Below, piece by piece: positions 37,834-46,886 of a stretch of DNA of 64,000 nucleotides. This stretch comes from an uncultured Candidatus Saccharibacteria bacterium. GTDB lineage: Bacteria; Patescibacteriota; Minisyncoccia; Phycocordibacterales; DATGWK01. The notes beneath the pieces were generated by a model. It ran no database searches, had not been told where the DNA came from, and worked only from the letters and a program-made list of their open reading frames with translations. How positions within the stretch are numbered: the first letter of the stretch is position 1; every line of letters begins with the position of its first letter. The stretch is taken from NCBI GenBank assembly GCA_964428845.1, contig CAYRZH010000001.1:204445-268444 (forward strand). The letters run 5' to 3'. A program made the translations under genes and the position numbers.

Positions 37834-39771
37834 ATGGCGTTAAACTCTAAAGGCGGAAAGATAGAAAAGCTTGAAAAAGATCTTTATTCACGAGAGGCCC
37901 CACAAATAAGCGGTTTTGAGCGTGAACCTCTCAAGCCTCAAAGGAAAGGTAACAGTGCTGGTTGGAGTGAAAACGAGGACTTGGCCAAGGAACTTGCCAC
38001 CGAATACAGCGAGCCAAAGAAAACCTCTTTTTTCACAAAAGTTTTCATTGCTTCCATAATATTTTTCGTGGTGGCTGCGGGTATCGCCGCCTATATCCTT
38101 CTCGGTGGTTTCAACGTAATTTCTTCAAAAAATGTAGATATTCTCGTCGAAGGACCGATCGCCGCGGCGGCAGGGGAAGAGTTGGTCCTCGATATAACTG
38201 TCTCCAACAACAATAACGTCCTTCTCGAGCAAGTGGAACTTTTTGTAGAGTACCCCGAAGGTACCAGGATGTCGGAAGATCTAACAAAAGAACTTGTCCG
38301 AGACAAGATATTGTTTGACGATATACCATCAGGGAAGACGGGAACAAAAACGATCAAAGCTGTTCTTTTTGGCGAAAAAGATAGCGCCAAAGATATAAAG
38401 ATGACTCTTGACTATAAAGCTCGTGGAGCCAACGCCTCATTTTCTAAACAAAAAACCTATAGCATTGTTATAAAGTCGTCACCGATTCTTATGGAAGTGG
38501 CGTACCCCAAGGAAGTCAACGCTGGCCAGGAGATAACCTTCACCCTAAACATAACCTCAAATTCTGCGGCTCTTGTCCGTAATCTTATCCTCCGAGCAGA
38601 GTATCCGTTTGGCTTTAGTTTTACGGGTTCAGTTCCAAAGACGAGCTCTGATAATAATGTCTGGCGTGTTGGCGATCTCAATCCCAAAGAGAAACGAACA
38701 ATAGTCATAAAGGGAAAAATAGAGGGGCAAAATGAGGAAGAGAGGACTTTTAGATTCAACACCGGGATTGCCAAAGAGAATGACGAAAACCAAATTGGGG
38801 TTGATTTCATCTCTCTTTCCCAATCAATTTTAATTAAAAAACCATTCATCGATCTTGCTGTAAAGCTAAATCAAAGCAACGAAAAAGAATACTTCACCAA
38901 GATAGGTGAGCACGTGAGAGGGGAAATTTCTTGGTCCAACAGCTTACCGATTACGATCAACGACATCGAAGTTTTGGTCAAACTTTCTGGAAGTGCCTTG
39001 GACCGCAATACAGTAAGGCCGAGCCGCGGAGGTTTTTACCGATCGGCAGACAACACTATCACCTGGGACAAAAACAGTCTTCCAGAGCTTCGCTCTATCG
39101 GTCCAAACGATACAAATTCTGTCGGTTTCGAATTTAGTTCTATTCCGAGTTCACAGAATCTCATTGCCACTGGCAGGAATCTAGAAATGAATGCAAATAT
39201 TTCTGTCAAAGGAACTCGCATAACCGAAGATGGTGTCTCGCAGACAGTGACCACTTCATTTGATAGGAAGGTCAAGATACTAACCAATCTCTCGCTCAAT
39301 GGCCGCACTCTTTATTCGACAGGACCGTTTAGAAATACGGGGCCTGTGCCGCCCAAGGCTGAAGTTCCAACCTCGTATACTATCGTCTGGACGCTCTCCA
39401 ACACTTTCAATGATGTCACCGGGGCATCCGTCAGTGCGACACTGCCGCCATACGTCAAGTGGCTAAACGTCTTTAGTCCTACGAATTCGAACATTGTTTA
39501 TAACGCAGAGAATCGCACTATTGTTTGGAACAGTGGGGAAGTGAAGGCCGGTAGTGGTTTTAGTTCGCCTGCACAGGAAGTTTCTTTCCAGATTTCTCTT
39601 GAGCCGAGCTTAAGCCAAGTCGGAACAGTGCCGGCTTTGGTAGAAAATATTCAGTTTACAGGCACAGATCGATTTACTGGTAAAGTTATCGGTGAGTCGA
39701 AGTTGCCTCTCACGACCAGAGCAAGTACGGACCCTACCTACAATATCGGCAATGAGACGGTTGTGAGATAG
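37834..39771 (+). CDS. Membrane-anchored protein with repeated Ig-like (DUF11-like) domains
   Basis: Single TM helix followed by beta-rich repeats (Y/F...P.G..F, W..G.L). Confidence 0.7.
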   Translation: MALNSKGGKIEKLEKDLYSREAPQISGFEREPLKPQRKGNSAGWSENEDLAKELATEYSEPKKTSFFTKVFIASIIFFVVAAGIAAYILLGGFNVISSKNVDILVEGPIAAAAGEELVLDITVSNNNNVLLEQVELFVEYPEGTRMSEDLTKELVRDKILFDDIPSGKTGTKTIKAVLFGEKDSAKDIKMTLDYKARGANASFSKQKTYSIVIKSSPILMEVAYPKEVNAGQEITFTLNITSNSAALVRNLILRAEYPFGFSFTGSVPKTSSDNNVWRVGDLNPKEKRTIVIKGKIEGQNEEERTFRFNTGIAKENDENQIGVDFISLSQSILIKKPFIDLAVKLNQSNEKEYFTKIGEHVRGEISWSNSLPITINDIEVLVKLSGSALDRNTVRPSRGGFYRSADNTITWDKNSLPELRSIGPNDTNSVGFEFSSIPSSQNLIATGRNLEMNANISVKGTRITEDGVSQTVTTSFDRKVKILTNLSLNGRTLYSTGPFRNTGPVPPKAEVPTSYTIVWTLSNTFNDVTGASVSATLPPYVKWLNVFSPTNSNIVYNAENRTIVWNSGEVKAGSGFSSPAQEVSFQISLEPSLSQVGTVPALVENIQFTGTDRFTGKVIGESKLPLTTRASTDPTYNIGNETVVR

Positions 39772-39816
39772 GGCAGCGAGCGGTATAGTAGACACCATTA
39801 AACATTCTAAATATCC

Positions 39817-41226
39817 ATGGAAGACAAGAAGAAAAAGGGAAAGGCTGGCAGCGTCAGTGAAGGAAGACCAGACTCCGGCGGCGAAAATAGCGGAAAAATG
39901 GAAAAAATAATCTCTCTTGCTAAAAGGCGCGGCTTTATCTACCAAGGTTCGGAAATATACGGTGGCTTGGCCGGTACCTGGGACTACGGACCACTGGGCG
40001 TGGCACTCAAGAATAATATAAAGAATTTGTGGTGGAAAAGGTTCGTGAGCGACCGGGAGGATATGTATGGAGTGGATACCGCTATCCTCATGAACCAGAA
40101 AGTTTGGAAGGCTACCAAGCATACAGAGGTTTTCGCAGATCCGATGGTGGAGTGTAAGAAATGCAAGCACCAGTTCAGGGGTGATCAGGTAGAAGGGAAT
40201 AAGTGTCAGGACTGCGGTGGGATGCTCGGAGAAGTGAAGACGTTTAACACAATGTTCAAAACCCACGTCGGCGCGTCAGAAGATGCTGCCGCCACTTCCT
40301 ACCTTCGCCCCGAGACCGCACAGGGCATGTTTGTAAATTTTAAAAATGTCGTCGACTCATTTCACCCGAAGCTTCCGTTTGGCCTCGCACAAACAGGGAA
40401 GGCTTTTAGGAACGAAATAGCTCCACGCGACTTTCTCTTTCGAGCCCGCGAGTTTGAGCAAATGGAAATAGAATATTTTATCCGAGCGGGCGAATGGGAA
40501 AAATATTTTGAGTACTGGAAAACTGAAATGATCTCATGGTTTGAGCAACTTGGAGTCGCTCGTGGCACTGTGCACGAGCTTGAGGTGCCAGCAGAAGATC
40601 GGGCGCACTACTCGGAACGCACTATTGATTTTGAATTCGACTTCCCGTTTGGAAAAAAAGAACTAGCCGGCCTTGCCTACAGGACCGACTTCGATCTTAA
40701 AAACCATGCTTCGGCTAGTGGTGTGGACCTGTCGTATTTTGATGAGGAGACGAAGGAGAGATTTACTCCTCATGTTATTGAACCTACATTTGGTCTCGAC
40801 AGACTTATTCTTGCCATTTTCTCGAGTGCTTACAGTGAAGATGACTTGGGTGGAGAAAAAGCAGATATGAAGGAAGAAGTGGCCGACAAAATTGAGAAAG
40901 CCGAGAAACGTGTTTTTCTGAAACTCGCACCCGCAGTCGCCCCTGTGCGTGTTGCAGTTTTTCCTTTACTTAAAAATAAGCCGCAACTAGTCGAGAAGGC
41001 TCGCGAAGTTTACGGTATGCTCAAAAAAGAAATTTCAGGAGCCGTAGTTTTTGACGACAACGGCAACATCGGCAAGCGCTACAGAAGGCAGGATGAGATC
41101 GGCACGCCGCATTGTGTCACTATAGATTTTGATACTTTAGAAAATGACACGGTCACACTCCGCGATCGTGATACGGGGAAGCAGGAGAGGGTGGAGGTAA
41201 AAGAGCTCAAAAAAGCTTTACTTTAG
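39817..41226 (+). CDS. glyQS: Glycine-tRNA ligase, alpha2 type
   Basis: EIYGG...DYGPLG, YLRPETAQG, FRNEI, IGKRYRRQDEIGTP. Confidence 0.95.
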   Translation: MEDKKKKGKAGSVSEGRPDSGGENSGKMEKIISLAKRRGFIYQGSEIYGGLAGTWDYGPLGVALKNNIKNLWWKRFVSDREDMYGVDTAILMNQKVWKATKHTEVFADPMVECKKCKHQFRGDQVEGNKCQDCGGMLGEVKTFNTMFKTHVGASEDAAATSYLRPETAQGMFVNFKNVVDSFHPKLPFGLAQTGKAFRNEIAPRDFLFRAREFEQMEIEYFIRAGEWEKYFEYWKTEMISWFEQLGVARGTVHELEVPAEDRAHYSERTIDFEFDFPFGKKELAGLAYRTDFDLKNHASASGVDLSYFDEETKERFTPHVIEPTFGLDRLILAIFSSAYSEDDLGGEKADMKEEVADKIEKAEKRVFLKLAPAVAPVRVAVFPLLKNKPQLVEKAREVYGMLKKEISGAVVFDDNGNIGKRYRRQDEIGTPHCVTIDFDTLENDTVTLRDRDTGKQERVEVKELKKALL

Positions 41227-41243
41227 GGCATATTTCTTCTGCA

Positions 41244-41355
41244 GCGCTACTATTGACTCGAGCACCGTTTGTATGATATAATTTCGCACAGAAAGAGTAT
41301 GGCACTGTGCTGTATTCTAGTTCTCTGAACCGCTTCTTCGGAAGCACAGCAAGAA
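41244..41355 (+). promoter_or_regulatory. Cassette promoter and structured leader, copy 1
   Basis: TTGACT-18-TATAAT; 35-nt block identical to 42916-42950; UUCG hairpin. Confidence 0.75.
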
Positions 41356-41366
41356 AGGAAAATGTC

Positions 41367-42071
41367 ATGAGCGCGAAACGCGTGTGTGACATGAGCCCAA
41401 GAAACGTGTGTGACATGAGCTGTGGGGCGATGCATGAGTTTGCATTGGCCCTCGACAAGGCCGGTTTTACCGCTAGTCTTGTACAACAGGTCATCAACTC
41501 GGGTGGCAACAAGCTCGCGAGAGCAATGCGTGCTGCTCTCACAACAGGAGTCGTGGTGGATGACCGGTTCGAACTGGTCGACTCCTTCGATGTCGTTGTG
41601 CCCGACGGCTACGACCACGCAACCCGTTTGGGGACGTTCTGGAGAGAACACGGCGAAGAGTTCGATTGCTACAACCCCTCCATCACCGACGAGAACTACA
41701 GCGGAGCGACAAACAAACTCGTCCCTGGTCGGGGGTTCAGGGTGAAGGTTTTCCAGATCAGGGGGGTCGTGTCATCCGACGATTGCCTGGCTCACCTGCG
41801 TTCGCAGAAGGCTGTACTTGTTGGCGCCCAAGGTGCGAGTCTTGCCTACGAACAGGGCAAGAACATGCTACCAGTCAACCGGTGGTCAGTCTCCTTCGAT
41901 GATAAGGATGCGCTTTTGGAAGACCCCAGTGGCTGGCATTGGGTGCCGGACGTGCTCCGCCACTCGGACGGTAGCTTCAGGTTCAATCTTGGTCAGTTCG
42001 AGTTAAACTGGAACGACGGCTTCTGCCTTCTCTGCTTCTGCGGCTTTGAGCCCGAGTCCTCTGGCGCCTAG
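41367..42071 (+). CDS. DGR-target-like hypothetical protein (paralog of 4752..5399)
   Basis: C-terminal VPDV..SDG.F.FNLG.FE..WND..CLLCFC in mostly NNC codons; 20 A in 41921-42050. Confidence 0.72.
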   Translation: MSAKRVCDMSPRNVCDMSCGAMHEFALALDKAGFTASLVQQVINSGGNKLARAMRAALTTGVVVDDRFELVDSFDVVVPDGYDHATRLGTFWREHGEEFDCYNPSITDENYSGATNKLVPGRGFRVKVFQIRGVVSSDDCLAHLRSQKAVLVGAQGASLAYEQGKNMLPVNRWSVSFDDKDALLEDPSGWHWVPDVLRHSDGSFRFNLGQFELNWNDGFCLLCFCGFEPESSGA

Positions 42072-42086
42072 GCCGCTCGAAGCCTT

Positions 42087-42790
42087 CTTCGAACCCATAA
42101 CCCTTAGACCCTCAATCCCCAGTTTGCCAAACGGCAGGCTGGGGATTTTCTTTTACGGGAAACCAACATTATCTGTAAAACCTATAAGCCCTTGACTTTT
42201 TATATAATTATGCTAAGATCCAGGCAGAAATCAGCGGCGAAATGGTGTTCAGAGTAGCCACATAAACAAGATCTTTCAAGGGAGAAGTGTCATGAATAGC
42301 CTCTCGTGTCGTCGGGGTTTCTCGTTTGTCGAGCGTGTGATCGTGATCATCATTGCTTGCATCCTGGTATCGATCGTCATTTCGCGCTTCGGGCCCAACG
42401 GCCCGGCGCCGCAGGTGATGGTTACCACCCCGAGCGGTGAGGAGGCGGAAGTCAAGGTCGGCGAGATCATTATGGTGACCTTGAGGAGAGGCAAAGGCCT
42501 CAGCTATCACCTCGAAGAGGGGACCTACCTGATCAGTGCGATCGAGTACAATGGAGTGAACTGGGAAGTTGGTCTCCGCAAACTCGGGAAACCCGGATTC
42601 CCCAGACTCACTTACTTTCTGAGTGACTATGTGTTCAAGAAGGAGACGAGTACCTATATCTGGGTTCAGGTGATCGAACCCACTGATCCGCAGTACAAAG
42701 ATCTCATGGTCGAGTTCGCCAAGGGGGGTGGTAAGTAGGAAGAAGGGAGTGTGACACAAGTCGCCGACCATGGGGTTGGCGATTTTCTTT
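42087..42790. repeat. 704-bp near-identical duplication, copy 1
   Basis: Matches 43685..44388 (offset 1598); one mismatch seen. Confidence 0.93.
42292..42738 (+). CDS. Type IV pilin-like protein, copy 1
   Basis: RRG|FSFVE class III signal peptide plus hydrophobic helix; own promoter (42192-42219) and terminator. Confidence 0.7.
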   Translation: MNSLSCRRGFSFVERVIVIIIACILVSIVISRFGPNGPAPQVMVTTPSGEEAEVKVGEIIMVTLRRGKGLSYHLEEGTYLISAIEYNGVNWEVGLRKLGKPGFPRLTYFLSDYVFKKETSTYIWVQVIEPTDPQYKDLMVEFAKGGGK

Positions 42791-42822
42791 ATCCATCCAT
42801 TTCTTTATGCCGCACTCTCTTC

Positions 42823-42871
42823 ATGAAATTTAATAAAAAGATACTAAAGAGTGGTTTGCGTCTCATTACTG
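42823..42871 (+). pseudogene. 16-codon 5' fragment of the M16 peptidase gene
   Basis: MKFNKKILKSGLRLIT versus MKFNKKTLKSGLRLIT at 44421. Confidence 0.75.
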
Positions 42872-42974
42872 CGCTACTATTGACTTGTGTACCATTCGTA
42901 TTATATAATCTCGCGCAGAAAGAGTATGGCACTGTGCTGTATTCTAGTTCCCTCAAACCGCTTCTTCGGAAGCA
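42871..42974 (+). promoter_or_regulatory. Cassette promoter and structured leader, copy 2
   Basis: Homologous to 41244..41355; TTGACT-18-TATAAT kept although the spacer differs. Confidence 0.75.
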
Positions 42975-42990
42975 AAGGAAGGAAATGCCC

Positions 42991-43698
42991 ATGAGTAGTG
43001 GGAATGTCCGACTGATCACGTCTGGTCAAAAGTTCGAATTAGCGGCGGCGCTCGTCAAGGCGGTTCCGGAATTAGATTCGATGCCATTTGAGACTGCCCG
43101 GCGATGGATCGGCGATCAGAAGGCTATTGCCTGCGCCCTGTCGCAGGCTCTCATGCCGGCCGAGGTCGTTGGGGCACAGAAGACTATCCTCCGTCTGATT
43201 CCCGGTGCCGAGGCTCTCACCCTCGGACCCACCGACGGCCAGGCAACGATCGCAGAGTCAAGGGGCGTCTTCAACAACGTCGACCCCGGCTTCACGACCT
43301 GGGGAACAAACGTCCCCGGAGTCGCCACCGGGGAGATCGCTGTCTCTGTCTACGAATTGGTTGCAGACGCTTCCTTCGAGCAGATGTTCGGGTCGCTCCC
43401 CGCACGCCTCGGCGCGCTCTGTCTCACACAGGCTCAAATCATCAAGTTCGTACTAACACGCCAGCGTCACCTCCGCACCGACGGCTACGCCACGTTCTTC
43501 CTTTTCGAAGTGGGAAGCGAGTTTTTCGTCGCGCACGTGTACCTGCCCGCCGGTGGCGACCCCCATGTGCACTTCTACCGCCTCTCGGGCGCCTTCGGCT
43601 GGCACCGCGAGCACCGCCATCGCATCGTGGTTCCGCAACTCACCCCTGCCCGTCCCGGAATCCTGCCCCCAGCTCGATTCTCTGCTTCGAACCCATAA
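42991..43698 (+). CDS. DGR-target-like hypothetical protein (different family)
   Basis: LCLTQAQIIKFV, LRTDGYATFFLF, FFVA.V...W..E.RHRIVVPQL; 14 A in 43521-43650. Confidence 0.72.
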   Translation: MSSGNVRLITSGQKFELAAALVKAVPELDSMPFETARRWIGDQKAIACALSQALMPAEVVGAQKTILRLIPGAEALTLGPTDGQATIAESRGVFNNVDPGFTTWGTNVPGVATGEIAVSVYELVADASFEQMFGSLPARLGALCLTQAQIIKFVLTRQRHLRTDGYATFFLFEVGSEFFVAHVYLPAGGDPHVHFYRLSGAFGWHREHRHRIVVPQLTPARPGILPPARFSASNP

Positions 43699-44388
43699 CC
43701 TTTAGACCCTCAATCCCCAGTTTGCCAAACGGCAGGCTGGGGATTTTCTTTTACGGGAAACCAACATTATCTGTAAAACCTATAAGCCCTTGACTTTTTA
43801 TATAATTATGCTAAGATCCAGGCAGAAATCAGCGGCGAAATGGTGTTCAGAGTAGCCACATAAACAAGATCTTTCAAGGGAGAAGTGTCATGAATAGCCT
43901 CTCGTGTCGTCGGGGTTTCTCGTTTGTCGAGCGTGTGATCGTGATCATCATTGCTTGCATCCTGGTATCGATCGTCATTTCGCGCTTCGGGCCCAACGGC
44001 CCGGCGCCGCAGGTGATGGTTACCACCCCGAGCGGTGAGGAGGCGGAAGTCAAGGTCGGCGAGATCATTATGGTGACCTTGAGGAGAGGCAAAGGCCTCA
44101 GCTATCACCTCGAAGAGGGGACCTACCTGATCAGTGCGATCGAGTACAATGGAGTGAACTGGGAAGTTGGTCTCCGCAAACTCGGGAAACCCGGATTCCC
44201 CAGACTCACTTACTTTCTGAGTGACTATGTGTTCAAGAAGGAGACGAGTACCTATATCTGGGTTCAGGTGATCGAACCCACTGATCCGCAGTACAAAGAT
44301 CTCATGGTCGAGTTCGCCAAGGGGGGTGGTAAGTAGGAAGAAGGGAGTGTGACACAAGTCGCCGACCATGGGGTTGGCGATTTTCTTT
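43685..44388. repeat. 704-bp near-identical duplication, copy 2
   Basis: Matches 42087..42790. Confidence 0.93.
43890..44336 (+). CDS. Type IV pilin-like protein, copy 2 (identical)
   Basis: Translation identical to 42292..42738. Confidence 0.7.
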   Translation: MNSLSCRRGFSFVERVIVIIIACILVSIVISRFGPNGPAPQVMVTTPSGEEAEVKVGEIIMVTLRRGKGLSYHLEEGTYLISAIEYNGVNWEVGLRKLGKPGFPRLTYFLSDYVFKKETSTYIWVQVIEPTDPQYKDLMVEFAKGGGK

Positions 44389-44420
44389 CTCCCTATCTCC
44401 CTTTATGCTACACTCCCTTC

Positions 44421-45689
44421 ATGAAATTTAATAAAAAAACTTTGAAAAGTGGCCTGCGTCTCATTACTGTGCCACTCAAAGACAGTCCTGCTGTCACAGT
44501 ATTGGTGATGGTTGAGGCCGGTTCAAAATATGAGACCAAGGAGATAAATGGACTTTCACATTTCCTCGAGCACATGTGCTTCAAGGGGACAAAGAAACGC
44601 CCCAACTCCATAGACATAAGTCGCGAGCTCGACTCTATCGGTGCCCAATATAATGCATTTACTTCTCAAGAGTACACTGGCTACTATGCGAAGGCTCATC
44701 CCAAGCATTTAGCAAAAATCCTCGACGTTATCTCCGATATGTATCTCGATCCTGTTTTCGATAGTCGTGAGATAGAAAAAGAAAAAGGAGTAATCGTGGA
44801 AGAGATAAATATGTATGAGGATATGCCCCAGCGCCACGTCCACGACATTTTTATGGAGCTTCTGTACGGCGACACTCCTGCTGGTTGGAACATTGCCGGG
44901 ACTCGCCAGCGGGTCAAAGCTATGACCCAGAAACATTTTATTGACTATCGCTCCAAACACTATGTGGGGAAGGGAACTGCGGTGATCGTTGCCGGAAGCT
45001 TCGATGAAAAAAAACTTGCAAAAGATGTCGAAAAAGCTTTTGAGAAAATCAGCACAGCAAAAAAGCATTCGAAGATAAAAGTTGCAGAGAAGCAAAAAGA
45101 ACCGAAAGTATTTATAAAAGACAAAAAGACAGACCAGACCCATCTAGTTCTCGGCGTGCGGGCTTTCGATATTTTCAATAAAGATATTGCCAAGCTGAAG
45201 GTTTTAAGTGCCGTGCTTGGTAGTGGCATGAGCTCGAGGCTATTTCAGAAACTGCGCGACGAAATGGGTGTCGGATATTATGTGAGATCTGGTAGCGACG
45301 AATACACCGACCACGGCTATCTAGCTGTCTCTACGGGCGTCGACAAGTCACGTGTTGTGGAAGTTATTAAAGCTATTCTAGAAGAATTTAGGAGACTCAC
45401 CCGCGAGACCGTTCCACCAGCCGAGCTTGCGAAAGCCAAAGAATATCTTGTCGGTAACATGTATTTGGGCTTGGAATCTTCTGATGCACTCGCCGAATTT
45501 TATGGTTTTCAAGAAATTTTAAAACATAAAAATGAAACTCCCGCCGAAATTGCAAAGCAGATCGAGAAAGTGACAGCACAAGATGTGAAAAATATAGCAA
45601 AAAAAATATTCAAAAATCAGTCTCTAAATCTTGCACTTATCGGTGAGATAAAGGATAAAAAAGATCTTTCCAGATCATTTCGTCTTTAA
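44421..45689 (+). CDS. M16-family zinc peptidase
   Basis: GLSHFLEHMCFKGT (HxxEH), NAFTS, SSRLFQ.LR. Confidence 0.93.
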   Translation: MKFNKKTLKSGLRLITVPLKDSPAVTVLVMVEAGSKYETKEINGLSHFLEHMCFKGTKKRPNSIDISRELDSIGAQYNAFTSQEYTGYYAKAHPKHLAKILDVISDMYLDPVFDSREIEKEKGVIVEEINMYEDMPQRHVHDIFMELLYGDTPAGWNIAGTRQRVKAMTQKHFIDYRSKHYVGKGTAVIVAGSFDEKKLAKDVEKAFEKISTAKKHSKIKVAEKQKEPKVFIKDKKTDQTHLVLGVRAFDIFNKDIAKLKVLSAVLGSGMSSRLFQKLRDEMGVGYYVRSGSDEYTDHGYLAVSTGVDKSRVVEVIKAILEEFRRLTRETVPPAELAKAKEYLVGNMYLGLESSDALAEFYGFQEILKHKNETPAEIAKQIEKVTAQDVKNIAKKIFKNQSLNLALIGEIKDKKDLSRSFRL

Positions 45690-45791
45690 TTGTTTACAAT
45701 CTCATCGTCTTTCTTTCGTCTTCTGATTCAGTTTTGCCAACCCACTTTACAGGGTTTTTAAAAATTAGCTCTGGTGCTATGATATTCGTAT

Positions 45792-46886
45792 ATGGATTCT
45801 GACAAAAACGGTCTTCTTTTCCGAGTCAGTAGTGGTACGATCGCCAAAATTATCCTCATCGGTATCATTTTTTGGTTAGCATTTTTCCTGCGAGACATGG
45901 TCTTTGTTGTTCTTATGGCGGTGGTCGTAGCTTCTTCGATGGAGCCCTCGGTAAGATGGTTTATTGAAAGGAGGATCCCACGTCTCCTCGCTGTGCTCAT
46001 TATATATTTTTCCCTAGCCATTCTTCTCATCGGGATGTTCTATTTCCTCATCATTCCGCTTCTTGGCGATCTTCAGGGTTTCCTTAGCGCTCTGCCCGGC
46101 TACCTCGGATCGTTTAGCTCTTCCTACACTGCCACATCGAACATTCTAGATGGATCAGCGCTCGGACCAAGCTCTCGTAGCACGGTAGAAAATCTGATCG
46201 GCAATCTCCCTATCTCGGAAATTGTTTTGAAAGCCAATGCGACCATCTCGGCCCTTTCCAAAAATTTCTTCGGGGCCGCGAGTGCCGTCTTTGGTGGTGT
46301 TTTGAGTTTCGTTCTTATCATCGTCCTATCTTTTTATCTCTCTGTTCAACAAGACGGTATTACAAATTTCCTCAAGACAGTAACCCCATCCAAACATCGA
46401 AAATATGTCATAAACCTCTGGAGTAGGGCAGAGAAGAAGATCGGTCTTTGGATGCAGGGCCAGCTACTCCTCGGTGTGATTGTTGCCGTTCTTGTGTATC
46501 TCGGCCTAACTCTCCTTGGAGTAAAACACGCTCTACTTCTAGGCTTTCTTGCTGGTGTCTTCGAACTCATCCCTCTTTTTGGTCCGATTCTTTCAGCCAT
46601 TCCTGCTGTCGCTGTGGCTTTCGTAGACAGTGGTTTTACCATCGCTCTCGTGGTTGTCGGTCTTTATCTTATAATCCAGCAATTTGAAAGTCAGCTTATC
46701 TACCCACTTGTCGTAAAGAAAGTCGTGGGAGTTCCGCCCATTATCTCTATCGTTGCCTTGGTAGTCGGAGCCAAGCTCGCCGGTTTCATCGGTCTTCTCC
46801 TTTCTGTGCCGCTCGCGGCCATTCTTATGGAATTTTTCAATGACCTTGAAAAAGATCGTATCTTGGAAGAGAGCAAAGGTAAATGA
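45792..46886 (+). CDS. AI-2E family transporter
   Basis: Multiple TM helices; LIPLFGP, QQFESQLIYP. Confidence 0.88.
   Translation: MDSDKNGLLFRVSSGTIAKIILIGIIFWLAFFLRDMVFVVLMAVVVASSMEPSVRWFIERRIPRLLAVLIIYFSLAILLIGMFYFLIIPLLGDLQGFLSALPGYLGSFSSSYTATSNILDGSALGPSSRSTVENLIGNLPISEIVLKANATISALSKNFFGAASAVFGGVLSFVLIIVLSFYLSVQQDGITNFLKTVTPSKHRKYVINLWSRAEKKIGLWMQGQLLLGVIVAVLVYLGLTLLGVKHALLLGFLAGVFELIPLFGPILSAIPAVAVAFVDSGFTIALVVVGLYLIIQQFESQLIYPLVVKKVVGVPPIISIVALVVGAKLAGFIGLLLSVPLAAILMEFFNDLEKDRILEESKGK

Noticed and set aside
41376-41420. 24-nt tandem duplication (VCDMS twice) at the start of the 41367 gene
   Set aside because: Real, but a simple two-copy in-frame slippage with no sign of further function.
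42751-42990. N-terminal extension of the 315-aa ORF (likewise 44349-44420 and 41307-41366)
   Set aside because: It runs through a terminator, the M16 fragment and a promoter; better-supported starts are at 42991, 41367 (SD) and 44421 (-10 box).
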